Below, piece by piece: positions 8,984-18,953 of a stretch of 64,000 nt of DNA. Source of the DNA: Candidatus Multivoradales bacterium (GTDB lineage Bacteria; Acidobacteriota; Thermoanaerobaculia; Multivoradales; J023). A program made the translations under genes and the position numbers. The notes under the pieces were generated by a model. It ran no database searches, was not told where the DNA came from, and saw nothing but the letters and a program-made list of their open reading frames with translations. The DNA is taken from NCBI GenBank assembly GCA_965248925.1, contig CBDFLE010000006.1:640001-704000 (forward strand). The letters are read 5' to 3'. Positions within the stretch are counted from its first letter, which is position 1. Every line of letters starts with the position of its first letter.

Positions 8984-11184
8984 TGGAATCCGTCGCGTTC
9001 TATTCCTACAAGGGGGGAGTCGGACGTTCGCTGCTCGTCGCGACCACGGCGCGTTTCCTGGCGATGTGCGGTCGCCGTGTCGTGGCCCTCGACTTGGACC
9101 TCGAAGCTCCTGGGTTGACGTATAAATTCGGCCTGCCAGAAGCCCCCGCCGGCGCCGTGGATGTCCTGACGGCGATCCTCTCAGGCAGCGACAGTCCGGA
9201 CCTCTCGGAGATCGCGATGCCGGTCGCTCTGCCCGGCGACAGCGGCTCACTTCTCGTGCTTGCGGCCGGAACGGCGCCATCGACGGCTTATTGGGCACAG
9301 GTGGCCGCGCTGCACCGGCCGGCGTATGGCTCCCGAGGCGGCATCGTCGAGGCGGCTCTGGAGTTCCAGGCCAGGATCGCGTCCGAACTCACCCCGGAAT
9401 ATCTTCTCATCGACGCCCGCACCGGCGTGAGCGAGTTCGGCGGCCTCGCGACCACGGCGATGGCGGACCGGGTGGTGCTGGTCTGCACCCGCATACCCGA
9501 GAGCGTCCACGGCACCAGCGCGGTTCATCAGGCCCTGAGATCGATGCCCACCCTGGCGGGCCGAGCGCAACGCAGCCTGGAGGTGGTGGTGTCCCGCTCG
9601 GCGCCTGGGCAGCTCGTGGGCGACGACGAGCTGAAGACCCTCTTCGGTTCCTGGTTCGAGCTTCCACACGATGCCCGGGACGGTGCGATCGAGCGCACGG
9701 CCAAGGTTGCGTCGCGTCCGGTAGTGAGCGAAGGTTGGACGGCCGGTGAGATCACCGGCACCGCGGGCAAAGTCGATTTTCCGAAGTCGCCTCAATCCCT
9801 ACTCGCTGAATCGCTTTCCTGGGTCGGTCGGACCTTTACGAACCTCGGAGCCCGTGCCGACCAGGCGCGCCGTCGGCTGCTCGAGATCGATGCCGCGATC
9901 GATGATCTCACTCGACCGGTGATGCGGCTGGGGCCGGTCCTGCACGCCCGACCCGCCTGGGATCCGGCGGCGATCACCAGGAGCTACGCTGACGGCGAGC
10001 GCACGGCGGACCTGGTCATCCACCACCCTCACGGCAAAGTGGGGGTGGTGCTGGAGTACGTCGATGGTGAAGACCCCGCTGCCGTGGCCAGGGCATGGTT
10101 CCTGGGGACCTCGGCCCGGATCGTCGTGATCCGCGGCCCGAAGTGCGCGAGATTCGGGTGGGCCGATCGGCAGGTGCATGACTTCCATGGTTACGCCGGC
10201 GGTTACCGTCTCCCCCTGCCTCACGACCTCGAACTGCTGGAGCAGCCCGCGGACTTCAGCCTGAAGAGCCTGCTCACCGCGGTGCATCGCACCCGCCTTT
10301 ACGACGGCGAGATCTTGAGCCATTGGGCCCAGCTGAACAATCTCGGCATCGATGGCGGTAGTCCAGGGGATCGGCAGAGTACCGCCCTCGTGTTGGACAC
10401 CGTTGCCGGCATGGACGACGCGGAACGCTTCGCCCAATTCGTCGCTTGTGCGGCCAAGCTCCACGAGCCCTGGGTCGAACGTCAATTGATCGGCCAGGAA
10501 CCCATGCGGCGGCGCGCCCTGACCGAGCTCGTCGCACCGCTGGTCTGGCGTGGGCCGCCCGCTGCGCTGGCCCGGCTGTCCGATAGACGGTTCGGCAACC
10601 CCCCACTCCTCTTCGGCCTGCAGTTCCTCGCCCACCACATGGGGCTGCGCTACGATCCCGACGCACTGTTCCGCGACTACAAGCGGCGGCGCGAGTCAGG
10701 CGCGGGTCGGTGGATGGAGCTCCGTTTCAACTGGCAGGAGGCAGCCGACACCACACCTGCCCGGTACGAGGCGGAAACGGGCACCGTCCACCTCGAGGGT
10801 CTGGCGATCCAGGAAGCCGCCGACCGGGTCGGTACCCCGCCGCGGGCATTGGGCAGCGTCCTGTCGATGATCCAGGCCGTTCGCGGTCTGCTCCATGTGG
10901 CGACTGACCTGGACGGCCAGCCGTGGCGAGGCGCTCCACGCAGTGAAGCTACGCAGGTGGTGCATGCCCTCGTTGCTGCGGTGGTTGACCGCGTCCTCGA
11001 CACCCTGGCCGACCCTGGCCTGCGTGCTGCTTTCGAGGTCGCTGATGCGCTGCATCCGCAAGGCCACGGGGCCTGGCGAGGCTTGCAGAAGGCGTCCAAT
11101 GAAGCTCTGCACCACGCGATCCTCACGCTCCGACGAGGCCATGCTCCCACAATGGCTCTCGATGCCGCGCTCGATCGCCGCTGA
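8983..11184 (+). CDS. KGGVGR-variant ParA/MinD-like ATPase with long C-terminal extension
   Basis: ATG overlaps the upstream TGA (TGATG); FYSYKGGVGRS, DLDLEAPGL, LLIDARTG; about 450 aa C-terminal region with ADLVI..VVLEY. Confidence 0.85.
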   Translation: MESVAFYSYKGGVGRSLLVATTARFLAMCGRRVVALDLDLEAPGLTYKFGLPEAPAGAVDVLTAILSGSDSPDLSEIAMPVALPGDSGSLLVLAAGTAPSTAYWAQVAALHRPAYGSRGGIVEAALEFQARIASELTPEYLLIDARTGVSEFGGLATTAMADRVVLVCTRIPESVHGTSAVHQALRSMPTLAGRAQRSLEVVVSRSAPGQLVGDDELKTLFGSWFELPHDARDGAIERTAKVASRPVVSEGWTAGEITGTAGKVDFPKSPQSLLAESLSWVGRTFTNLGARADQARRRLLEIDAAIDDLTRPVMRLGPVLHARPAWDPAAITRSYADGERTADLVIHHPHGKVGVVLEYVDGEDPAAVARAWFLGTSARIVVIRGPKCARFGWADRQVHDFHGYAGGYRLPLPHDLELLEQPADFSLKSLLTAVHRTRLYDGEILSHWAQLNNLGIDGGSPGDRQSTALVLDTVAGMDDAERFAQFVACAAKLHEPWVERQLIGQEPMRRRALTELVAPLVWRGPPAALARLSDRRFGNPPLLFGLQFLAHHMGLRYDPDALFRDYKRRRESGAGRWMELRFNWQEAADTTPARYEAETGTVHLEGLAIQEAADRVGTPPRALGSVLSMIQAVRGLLHVATDLDGQPWRGAPRSEATQVVHALVAAVVDRVLDTLADPGLRAAFEVADALHPQGHGAWRGLQKASNEALHHAILTLRRGHAPTMALDAALDRR

Positions 11185-11470
11185 CTGTTCGTCCGAGTGG
11201 CAGAGAGTAACTTGGCTAGTCCTCCCAGGCTCGCCGGGGGTCTGCATCATCCAGGCGGATCTCGGGTAACCCAGTCTTTCTGCCGTGGTCTAGCAGGCCA
11301 GAAAAACGGCGCGGGCCACACCTCATATTCCGGCACATGAAGAACTCTTCGCGACATGAGTTATTGGTGGATCCAGATCGGTAGGCCAAGATCTGCTCAG
11401 TAAGTTCTCTGGACACCTGCCGCTCAACCCAAGCCCCTGGGCAACGACTTTACAGGCCCCTCAGCCGCGC

Positions 11471-12889
11471 TCAGCCGCGCTCAGGCAAGCCCTGGATGGG
11501 GATCTGGCCGGTGACCGTGGTGGCATCTTCCTCCCCCATCGCCACCGCTAGACGCAACCGCAGTACGGCACCACCTCCGGGGGCCAGATCGGCCTCTAGA
11601 TGAGCGTCGTGGGCCTCTGCGATTCGCCGCGCTATCGCCAATCCCAATCCGGTGCCGCCCTTGCGCTGCGAGTAGAACAATTCGAAAACTCGCTCGCGCT
11701 CTGCGGCTGGGATGCCGGGCCCGTTGTCGACGATCTCGAGCAAGACTTCCTCGGGAGACTCGATGCGGGCCACCAAGCGCACCCGCGGCCGGGACTGTCC
11801 AGCAACCGCGAGCAGAGCGTTCTGGGTCAGGTTGAGCAGCAACTGGCCGATCTGCGCTGCGTCAACTTCGACCCTGGCTCCACCACTACGGTCGTCAATC
11901 GTGACCTTCACCGCCCGAGCTTGAATCTCACCAGCCAACACCTCGACCACTCGCCGCAGCAACTCGATCGCAGTCACCTCCCGACGCTCAATCTTCGGCG
12001 ACCGGGAGTAGGATAGAAAATCGCCCGCCAAATGCTCCAGGCGACGAATCTCAGATCGAGTGATCGACAACAGGCGCTCGGAGGATGCCGAGCCCCCGGT
12101 CTCCTGGGCCTCTTCTTCGAGCATCTGCATATTCAAGCTGAGGGAGTTGAGCGGACTGCGAATCTCGTGTGCCAAACCGCTCGCCAAAGTGCCGATGTAA
12201 GCCATCCGCTCAGCTTCGCGCGCTTGCTCTTCGAGCTGACGGGTGCGCAGAAATAAGCGCCACACCGCCACGTACGCCACTGCCAGCAGCAGCAGGGTGA
12301 GGCCGCCAATCAGCGACGCCTGGCTGATCAGGTCGCGGCGCAAGCCGGCAATCCGCCGCTCGATTTGCTGCTTGCTGATGCCGATCACCAGAGTGCCTAG
12401 TTCGCCGATCGGCAGCTCGACTTCTTCGAACAGCCGATCACTACCGGCGAAGGTCTCAGGCAACTCGCCGATATCAACCCGGGTCACCGTGCGCACTTCG
12501 TCGCTATCTGCCGACCGGCTCTCCTCTCGGCTCTGCTTGTAGACCACGGTTCCTTGGGGATCTCGGATCTCGACCCCGCGCACGATCTCTCGCTTCTGCA
12601 GTAGAGCCTCTAGATTGCGAGTGTAGGTCTGCCGATCTTGCACCGTAGAAACCACCACCCAGAGGTCGGCTTGTCCCAGCTTGTCGGCTTCCGCTTCAAG
12701 TTCACGAACCAACGGAGCGGCTTCTTCTCGCGTCTCGACTAGAGCCCGCTCCATGAAGCGCTGCGATAGGCTATTGACGATCAACCAGCCGAAAAGGGCG
12801 ATGTCGAAAGCAATGAATAGGCCGAGCACAACCGCTGCCAGCAAGAGCTTCCTCGAGCGCGACCGTCGGGCATGCAAGAAACCAGACAT
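11471..12889 (-). CDS. Membrane sensor histidine kinase (HisKA/HATPase)
   Basis: Two TM helices, LAHEIRSPL H-box, NLTQNA N-box, DNGPGI, GGTGLGL. Confidence 0.93.
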   Translation of the reverse strand: MSGFLHARRSRSRKLLLAAVVLGLFIAFDIALFGWLIVNSLSQRFMERALVETREEAAPLVRELEAEADKLGQADLWVVVSTVQDRQTYTRNLEALLQKREIVRGVEIRDPQGTVVYKQSREESRSADSDEVRTVTRVDIGELPETFAGSDRLFEEVELPIGELGTLVIGISKQQIERRIAGLRRDLISQASLIGGLTLLLLAVAYVAVWRLFLRTRQLEEQAREAERMAYIGTLASGLAHEIRSPLNSLSLNMQMLEEEAQETGGSASSERLLSITRSEIRRLEHLAGDFLSYSRSPKIERREVTAIELLRRVVEVLAGEIQARAVKVTIDDRSGGARVEVDAAQIGQLLLNLTQNALLAVAGQSRPRVRLVARIESPEEVLLEIVDNGPGIPAAERERVFELFYSQRKGGTGLGLAIARRIAEAHDAHLEADLAPGGGAVLRLRLAVAMGEEDATTVTGQIPIQGLPERG

Positions 12890-13071
12890 GAGCAGCCAGC
12901 ATAGCAGCCTCGGGCACCCATGGAGCAGTCGCGGAGAGCGCTGCGGGAGTTCGCTGAACCCCCTGCAATGGCTAGTCCAGGCAGTAAGATTGGCGAATTG
13001 AATAGTTTGACCGCCTGCGGTCGAACCGGTAGCATCTTTTACAGCTTTGCAGCTCTCGGGGTAAAAATCGG

Positions 13072-14754
13072 ATGGTGGAGAAGACACGGCTGCCGCAGAC
13101 CGAGCGGCCAGAGGTCAGTTATCGGATTGGCCGCAAGTCGGGATACTTGTGGCAATTCGGAGTGATGGCTTGTGCCGCAGTATTACTACTGAGTAGCTGC
13201 TTGGCTAACAAGCCCTCCCCGGCGGAAGAATCCACCGCCCCTTCCTCGGTGGTGATCTCGTACCCCTGGGACATGTCCGGCATCAACGAACTGGTCGCGC
13301 CGTCGACGGCCCTCAGTCCGACCCTCAACTACTTTGCCCTCTATCTTCAGTTGCTCGAAGAGCAGCCGGACTTCGCCAACGGTCCGGCGGAGTTCAAGCC
13401 TCGCTTGGCGCAGTCCTACGAATTTTCTGAGGACCGCCTAGCCTTAACCTTCCACCTCCGCGACGGCATGGAATGGAGCGACGGCGCGCCGATGACTGCC
13501 GAGGACGTTCGCTTCACTTGGCAGGCACAGACCCATCCGGACGTTGGCTGGGACTTGGCCTATACCAAGACCCGCATTCACAATGTCGAGGTCATCGATC
13601 CGCTGACCGTTCGCTTCCACTTTACCGAGGCCTACGCCACCCAGATGCTCGACGCCAACAATGGGGTCATCCTGCCCAAACATGCTTGGGGGCAGCTACC
13701 GTTCGAGCAGTGGGCAAAGAACCTCAATTGGTTTCAGCAGCGGATCGTGGTCAGCGGGCCGTACACGCTGACCACCTGGGATCCAGGGCAACGCATCGTT
13801 CTGGATCGCAATCCACGCTACTTCGAAGCTGGCCTGCCGAAGATTGATCGGGTGATCATCCAAATCACGCCCGATCAAGACAGCCAGATGGCGATGATCC
13901 GCGCCGGCCAGGCTCAAATTGTCGAAGCAATCCACCCCAGCCAGGCTCAGGGGGTGATCGACAACCAGGATCTCGAGTTGCTGAGCTACGACTTTCGGCA
14001 GTTTGTTTTCCTCTGCTGGAATACTCGACTCGAGCTATTTGCCGATGCCGAGGTTCGCCGCGCCTTGACTTTGGGCATTGATCGTCAGCGGATCGTCGAC
14101 TCGGTCTATCGCGGCTACGCCAAAGTCGCCTACTCCCCCTATCCATCGTTCAGTTGGGTAAGTAACAAGAATCTTCAACCGCTGGCTTACAATCCCGCGG
14201 AGGCCCGACGAATCCTCGCCGCCAAGGGCTGGGTTGACAACGATGGCGATGGCATCCTCGAACGCCAAGGTAAGCCGTTCAGCTTCAGTATCTTGACCGG
14301 TACCGGTAACCAGATCCGCATCGACATGCTGGTCTTGATCCAAGAAAATCTGCGCCGTATTGGGATCGACGCTAAGCCGCGAGTCGTCGAGGCTAACTCC
14401 CAGATCGACATGCAGAACAAGGGAGAATTCGAGGCGGTGATTTCTGGTCTCGGTATCGACACCAGCTTCGATGTCAGCTATCTGTTCCAGACTGGTGGAC
14501 TCTACAATTGGGCGGGCTATAGCGACGCCGAAGCCGATCGCCTGCAAGACGAAATCGCCAGCACCATCGAACCAATCACCGCCAAACCGCTCTACGATCG
14601 GCTGCAAGAGCTGCTGCAGCGGGATCAGCCACTAACCTTCCTCTACGAACCGCAGAGGCTCGTGGCCGTCCACCGAAACCTGCAGCAAGTCAACCCCAAC
14701 TCGGTCAATACCTACTACAACCTGCGCAGCTGGCAACTCGCTGGCGACCACTGA
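13072..14754 (+). CDS. Peptide/nickel ABC transporter substrate-binding lipoprotein (OppA/AppA-like); true start may be near 13165
   Basis: Lipobox LLSSC; TFHLRDGMEWSDGAPMTAEDVRFT family-5 SBP signature. Confidence 0.92.
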   Translation: MVEKTRLPQTERPEVSYRIGRKSGYLWQFGVMACAAVLLLSSCLANKPSPAEESTAPSSVVISYPWDMSGINELVAPSTALSPTLNYFALYLQLLEEQPDFANGPAEFKPRLAQSYEFSEDRLALTFHLRDGMEWSDGAPMTAEDVRFTWQAQTHPDVGWDLAYTKTRIHNVEVIDPLTVRFHFTEAYATQMLDANNGVILPKHAWGQLPFEQWAKNLNWFQQRIVVSGPYTLTTWDPGQRIVLDRNPRYFEAGLPKIDRVIIQITPDQDSQMAMIRAGQAQIVEAIHPSQAQGVIDNQDLELLSYDFRQFVFLCWNTRLELFADAEVRRALTLGIDRQRIVDSVYRGYAKVAYSPYPSFSWVSNKNLQPLAYNPAEARRILAAKGWVDNDGDGILERQGKPFSFSILTGTGNQIRIDMLVLIQENLRRIGIDAKPRVVEANSQIDMQNKGEFEAVISGLGIDTSFDVSYLFQTGGLYNWAGYSDAEADRLQDEIASTIEPITAKPLYDRLQELLQRDQPLTFLYEPQRLVAVHRNLQQVNPNSVNTYYNLRSWQLAGDH

Positions 14755-14786
14755 GGCGGTTAGTTCTTAGCGGACTGCTGGCGCTG

Positions 14787-15755
14787 ATGCTCGGACTCTT
14801 CCTACGGCGGGTCGGCGCTTCTCTGCTACTGATCTGGGTTGTGGTTAGCGCCACCTTCGCGATTCTGCAACTGGCTCCTGGCGATCCAACCAACTTGATC
14901 CTACCGCCCTATGCCCCCGCCGAAGCAATCGCTCAGTTAAAGGCCACCTACGGCCTCGACCAGGGACCCGTGCGGCAGTATTTTTACTGGCTGCGCTCGG
15001 TATTGCTGAAGGGGGATTGGGGCCAATCGTTCAGTGCCCGGCGTCCGGCCACCGAAGTTCTTGGCGAGGCGCTGCCGAATACCGTGCTGTTGGCTCTCTG
15101 CAGCCTGCTGGTGAGCTATGGCTTGGGAATCGGCCTCGGTATTTTGGCGGCCCGGCATCCGGATTCTCTGACCGACCAGGTTATCCGCGGCCTATCGATG
15201 GTGCTTTTTGCGGTGCCCTCTTTTTGGCTGGCCTTCCTCGCAATAGAGTTCTTGGCGGTGCGGCTGCCGCTGTTCCCGATCGGCCAGATGCGTTCCCTCG
15301 ATGCGGAGTTCCTGACCCCTGCGAATCGCTTTCTCGACTTGCTGCACCACCTCGCCTTGCCGGCGCTGACTCTCGGACTGACCAACACCGGCGCGATTGT
15401 CAGACTGGTGCGCAACGGCCTGTTGGACATTCTTAACCAAGACTTCATCCGCACTGCCCGCGCCAAAGGCGCCAGTCCAATGCGGGTGATGCTGGTCCAC
15501 GCCTTGCCGAATATTTCTGGCCCGCTAGTACAGCGATTTGGCATGACACTGCCCTTTCTGCTCGGCGGCTCACTGATCATCGAGGTGATTTATTCTTGGC
15601 CTGGAATCGGCCGAGTTGCTTTCTCCGCGATCCAGGCGCGGGACTACCCCGTGATATTGGCCAGCACCGCCCTGACCGGCATCTTGGTCGTATTGGGAAA
15701 TCTCTTCGCCGATCTGCTGCACGCGTGGATCGACCCGAGGCTGCGCAATGGCTAG
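14787..15755 (+). CDS. Peptide ABC transporter permease (OppB/DppB-like)
   Basis: PGDP, GDWGQSF, DFIRTARAKG, WPGIG, RDYPVI, DPRLR. Confidence 0.93.
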   Translation: MLGLFLRRVGASLLLIWVVVSATFAILQLAPGDPTNLILPPYAPAEAIAQLKATYGLDQGPVRQYFYWLRSVLLKGDWGQSFSARRPATEVLGEALPNTVLLALCSLLVSYGLGIGLGILAARHPDSLTDQVIRGLSMVLFAVPSFWLAFLAIEFLAVRLPLFPIGQMRSLDAEFLTPANRFLDLLHHLALPALTLGLTNTGAIVRLVRNGLLDILNQDFIRTARAKGASPMRVMLVHALPNISGPLVQRFGMTLPFLLGGSLIIEVIYSWPGIGRVAFSAIQARDYPVILASTALTGILVVLGNLFADLLHAWIDPRLRNG

Positions 15756-16743
15756 AGCCCGGCCGAGACTTTACCAACGCCTGGCGGTCACCTTGCTGGT
15801 AGCGATCGCCAGCGCCGCGTTGCTCGCACCTTGGCTTTCTCCTGCTGATCCCACCGAGCAACTCGACAGCTTGGCCGGGCGCCAGCTACCACCCCTGAGC
15901 TTCCGCCAGGCCGTCTCCCTGACCGACGGCAGCTGGCTGCTTGCCGAGCAGGCCGAACGAACTCCCGACGGCCTGCGCATCTTGCGCCTCGGTAAGGTCA
16001 CAATGTTGCCCAACGACACGGTCGCCAACCTTAGCGACCAAGGGGTCAGCGACCACCGCTTCTTCCTGCTCGGCAGCGATCAGTACAGCCGCGACGTGCT
16101 GTCCAGGTTGCTGCACGGCGCGAGAGTGTCTTTGTTTATCGGCTTGACCTCGGTCGCTCTAGCGCTGTCCCTCGGTATTCTGGCTGGTGCCGCCGCCGCC
16201 CTCGGTGGGCCCTGGGTCGACTTTTTGATCATGCGCACCGTCGATGGCCTGCTGAGCTTTCCTTGGATATTTCTGCTGATCGCCCTGGTGGCGATCTTTC
16301 CGCCGAGCACTCTCTCCTTGGTGATACTGCTCGGAGCCACCGGCTGGATGGGCATTAGTCGACTGGCCAGAGGCGAGATCAAATCCCTGGCTAACCGCGA
16401 ATTCATCGTCGCGGCCCGTTCCGCTGGCGCCCACCCTCTGGCGATCCTTTGGCGCCACCTGCTGCCCAACGCGATGACTCCGTTGGCGGTCGAAGCGACC
16501 CTGCGGGTGGGTCGGTTGATCCTGGTTGAGGCTGCCCTCTCCTTCCTTGGCTTCGGCGTTCAACCGCCGCAGGCCAGCTGGGGCACGATGATTGCCGACG
16601 GTCGGGGCCAGATGTTCAGCGCCTGGTGGGTGTCGACTTTTCCCGGCCTGGCGCTGGTGGCAACGGTGCTGGCCATCAGCCTCTCCAGCGATGCCCTGCG
16701 CGACCGGCTGGACCCCTATCTAGAGGCCCGGCCGGAAGCCTGA
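15748..16743 (+). CDS. Peptide ABC transporter permease (OppC/DppC-like)
   Basis: LGSDQYSRDVLSRLLHGARVSL, EAALSFLGFG, DALRDRLDP. Confidence 0.93.
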   Translation: MARARPRLYQRLAVTLLVAIASAALLAPWLSPADPTEQLDSLAGRQLPPLSFRQAVSLTDGSWLLAEQAERTPDGLRILRLGKVTMLPNDTVANLSDQGVSDHRFFLLGSDQYSRDVLSRLLHGARVSLFIGLTSVALALSLGILAGAAAALGGPWVDFLIMRTVDGLLSFPWIFLLIALVAIFPPSTLSLVILLGATGWMGISRLARGEIKSLANREFIVAARSAGAHPLAILWRHLLPNAMTPLAVEATLRVGRLILVEAALSFLGFGVQPPQASWGTMIADGRGQMFSAWWVSTFPGLALVATVLAISLSSDALRDRLDPYLEARPEA

Positions 16744-16744
16744 A

Positions 16745-17158
16745 TCACCGCTTGCGCCACACCGGTCGACGGCCGGTACGCTCGAAACTCACCGGCACCA
16801 TGAAGAACAGGAGAAAAACCAAATGCGCGTAGAGTGGCACCAGTGGTGCCGCCTGCTGCTGAACGATCGGCGCCAAGCCTCGAAGTAGATAGAGCACCGC
16901 TGGTGGCTGCAGAAGATATAGCAGCCACAGCCGACGCCGCAGCAGCGGATGCACAACCGCCGGCTCTTGCTGGGATTTAGCGCGACGCAGTAGAAAGGTG
17001 TTGCCCGCCAGCCAACCGAGAGCACTGGCCAAGCTGTAAAGAGGGTAGAGGCCAAGGCTCAAGCGCCCTGCTAGCGGCACCCAATGCAACAGAGCGGCGG
17101 CGGCAACCAGCCAGCAGGCGGTGCACAGAACCAGCGACAGAAGCTCGATGCGCCTCAT
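16745..17158 (-). CDS. Hypothetical membrane protein
   Basis: About four hydrophobic segments; follows gcvH on the same strand. Confidence 0.7.
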   Translation of the reverse strand: MRRIELLSLVLCTACWLVAAAALLHWVPLAGRLSLGLYPLYSLASALGWLAGNTFLLRRAKSQQEPAVVHPLLRRRLWLLYLLQPPAVLYLLRGLAPIVQQQAAPLVPLYAHLVFLLFFMVPVSFERTGRRPVWRKR

Positions 17159-17217
17159 CTCGAGCCTACCGCGGCTTACACCTCGAACTCATCGAGTTCT
17201 TCGCTTTAGAATCTCGA

Positions 17218-17601
17218 TCATTGGCCATCATCGAGCAATGCCTGGTACTGCTCCGCCGACATCAGTCGACCGAGTTCAGCGCTCGAACTGAGCCGAATCT
17301 TGACCAGCCAACCCTGTTGCTGGGGGTCCTGGTTGACCAGCTCAGGGGTATCTTCCAACTCGGCATTGACCTCTATCACCTCGCCGCTGACCGGGACAAA
17401 GACCTCGGCCACCGCCTTGACCGACTCGATCGAGCCAATCTCGTCACCGCTGGCTACGGTTTCGCCAACTTCTGGCAGGTCGACAAACACAACTTCGCCG
17501 AGTTCCTGTTGGGCAAAATCCGTGATCCCGATGACACAGATGTCTTCCTCAACACGGATCCACTCGTGCTCTTTGCTATAGAGACAGTCGTTCGGATACA
17601 T
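17218..17601 (-). CDS. gcvH: Glycine cleavage system H protein
   Basis: YSKEHEW, GITDFAQQELG, lipoyl-Lys motif IESVKA. Confidence 0.97.
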   Translation of the reverse strand: MYPNDCLYSKEHEWIRVEEDICVIGITDFAQQELGEVVFVDLPEVGETVASGDEIGSIESVKAVAEVFVPVSGEVIEVNAELEDTPELVNQDPQQQGWLVKIRLSSSAELGRLMSAEQYQALLDDGQ

Positions 17602-17658
17602 GCTACAGCTTCCTCGTCCAGATGGTGGGTGTAAGGGAATCGCTCGCCAACTCTGAGT

Positions 17659-18770
17659 TTACTTCGTCGCGGCGGCCAGGGTGCGTTTGTAGAACGGCAA
17701 CGGCACGATCGATGCGGACAGATGCCGACGACGGACGGCGATTTCCAAGCTGCCGGCCGCGGCCTGCTCGGCAGGCAGCAGGAGGGTACCGATGGCCTTC
17801 TCCAAGGTCGGGCTCCAACTACCACTGGCGACGACCCCGCATTCCTGGCCAGCGACTCGCACCGCATAGCCTTGCCGAGCGATGCCACGGCCATCGATCT
17901 CGAAACCCACCAACTTGCGTGGCGTACCCGCGGCCCGCTGTTTCTCGAGCGCCTCACGGCCGACAAAATCGCCCTTGGCGAGTTTCACTGTCCAACCCAG
18001 GCCAGCTTCCCAAGGAGTGGTTTCACCGCCGATCTCGTGACCATAGAGCGCCATGCCGGCTTCGAGGCGCAGAGTATCGCGAGCGCCAATCCGGCGGGAC
18101 TCAGCTCGGACTCAAGTTTGAGCAGCTGGCGCCAAACCGCCGGAGCGGCGGCCGGCGCCAGGTAGAGTTCGAAGCCATCTTCACCAGTGTAGCCAGTGCG
18201 GGAAATCAGCGACCGCGCACCGCACACCTCGCTCTCCACGAAGCGGTAGTAGCGCAAGGCCTCTAGGTCGGCGGGGCTGTGCCGAGCTAGCATCGCCGGC
18301 GCCAATGGGCCTTGCAGAGCCAGCAGCGCATATTGGTCGGAAAGGTCCTCCACCGTGCAGTCGCCCGGCTCGCGCGCGCGGATCCAGGCCAGATCGCTGG
18401 CGATGTTGGCGGCATTCACCACCAAGAGGTAGTCATTCTGCGCCAGTTGGTAGACCAGCAAATCGTCGACGTAGGTGCCGCCCTCATTGAGTAATGCGCT
18501 GTAGTGGGCGCGCCCGGGAACCAGCTTGCTAACATCGTTGGGAGTCAGCTGCTGCAAGAAATCTTCGGCCCCGGGTCCAGCAAGCCGCAACTCGCCCATG
18601 TGCGAGACATCGAACAAGCCAGCTCGCTGGCGTACTGCATGATGCTCGGAGACGATACCGGCATATTGCACCGGCATCTGCCACCCACCGAAAGCGACCA
18701 TCTTGGCGCCAGCTTCGAGGTGGCAGTCGTAGAGAGACGTCCGCCTTGGTTCGCTCAGCTGTTCGGCCAT
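17659..18770 (-). CDS. gcvT: Glycine cleavage aminomethyltransferase T, split by a 1-nt frameshift at about 18086
   Basis: [21 protein letters not shown]; adding one G restores [22 protein letters not shown]. Confidence 0.93.
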
Positions 18771-18953
18771 CGATTCCTCCGCGGTTCGAGAACCGGTCCC
18801 GAGCTGGATCATCCACCTCGGGCGGGTCAAGATACCACGCCCCCATCGATGCAGGCAGGTCCGGGCGCTGGCTATAAATTTGCAAATCGCATATTATCTA
18901 TATTTGGCCTTCCCGGAGGTCAATCTAAAGGGGTCCGACAGCAGGAAAGCAGA

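Noticed and set aside
8983-11184. Call as chromosome-partitioning parA or minD
   Set aside because: Arg replaces the P-loop Lys, the protein is about three times normal length, and no parB or minCE is nearby
11461-11485. TCAGCCGCGC 10-bp tandem duplication at the kinase 3' end as an att site or target duplication
   Set aside because: No matching copy seen at the other side of the 8070-11184 operon; likely local slippage
13072-16743. ABC cluster without ATPase genes as a novel transporter
   Set aside because: Opp/Dpp ATPases are commonly encoded elsewhere
18770-18950. Glycine riboswitch upstream of gcvT
   Set aside because: No recognisable aptamer motifs in this short AT-richer gap
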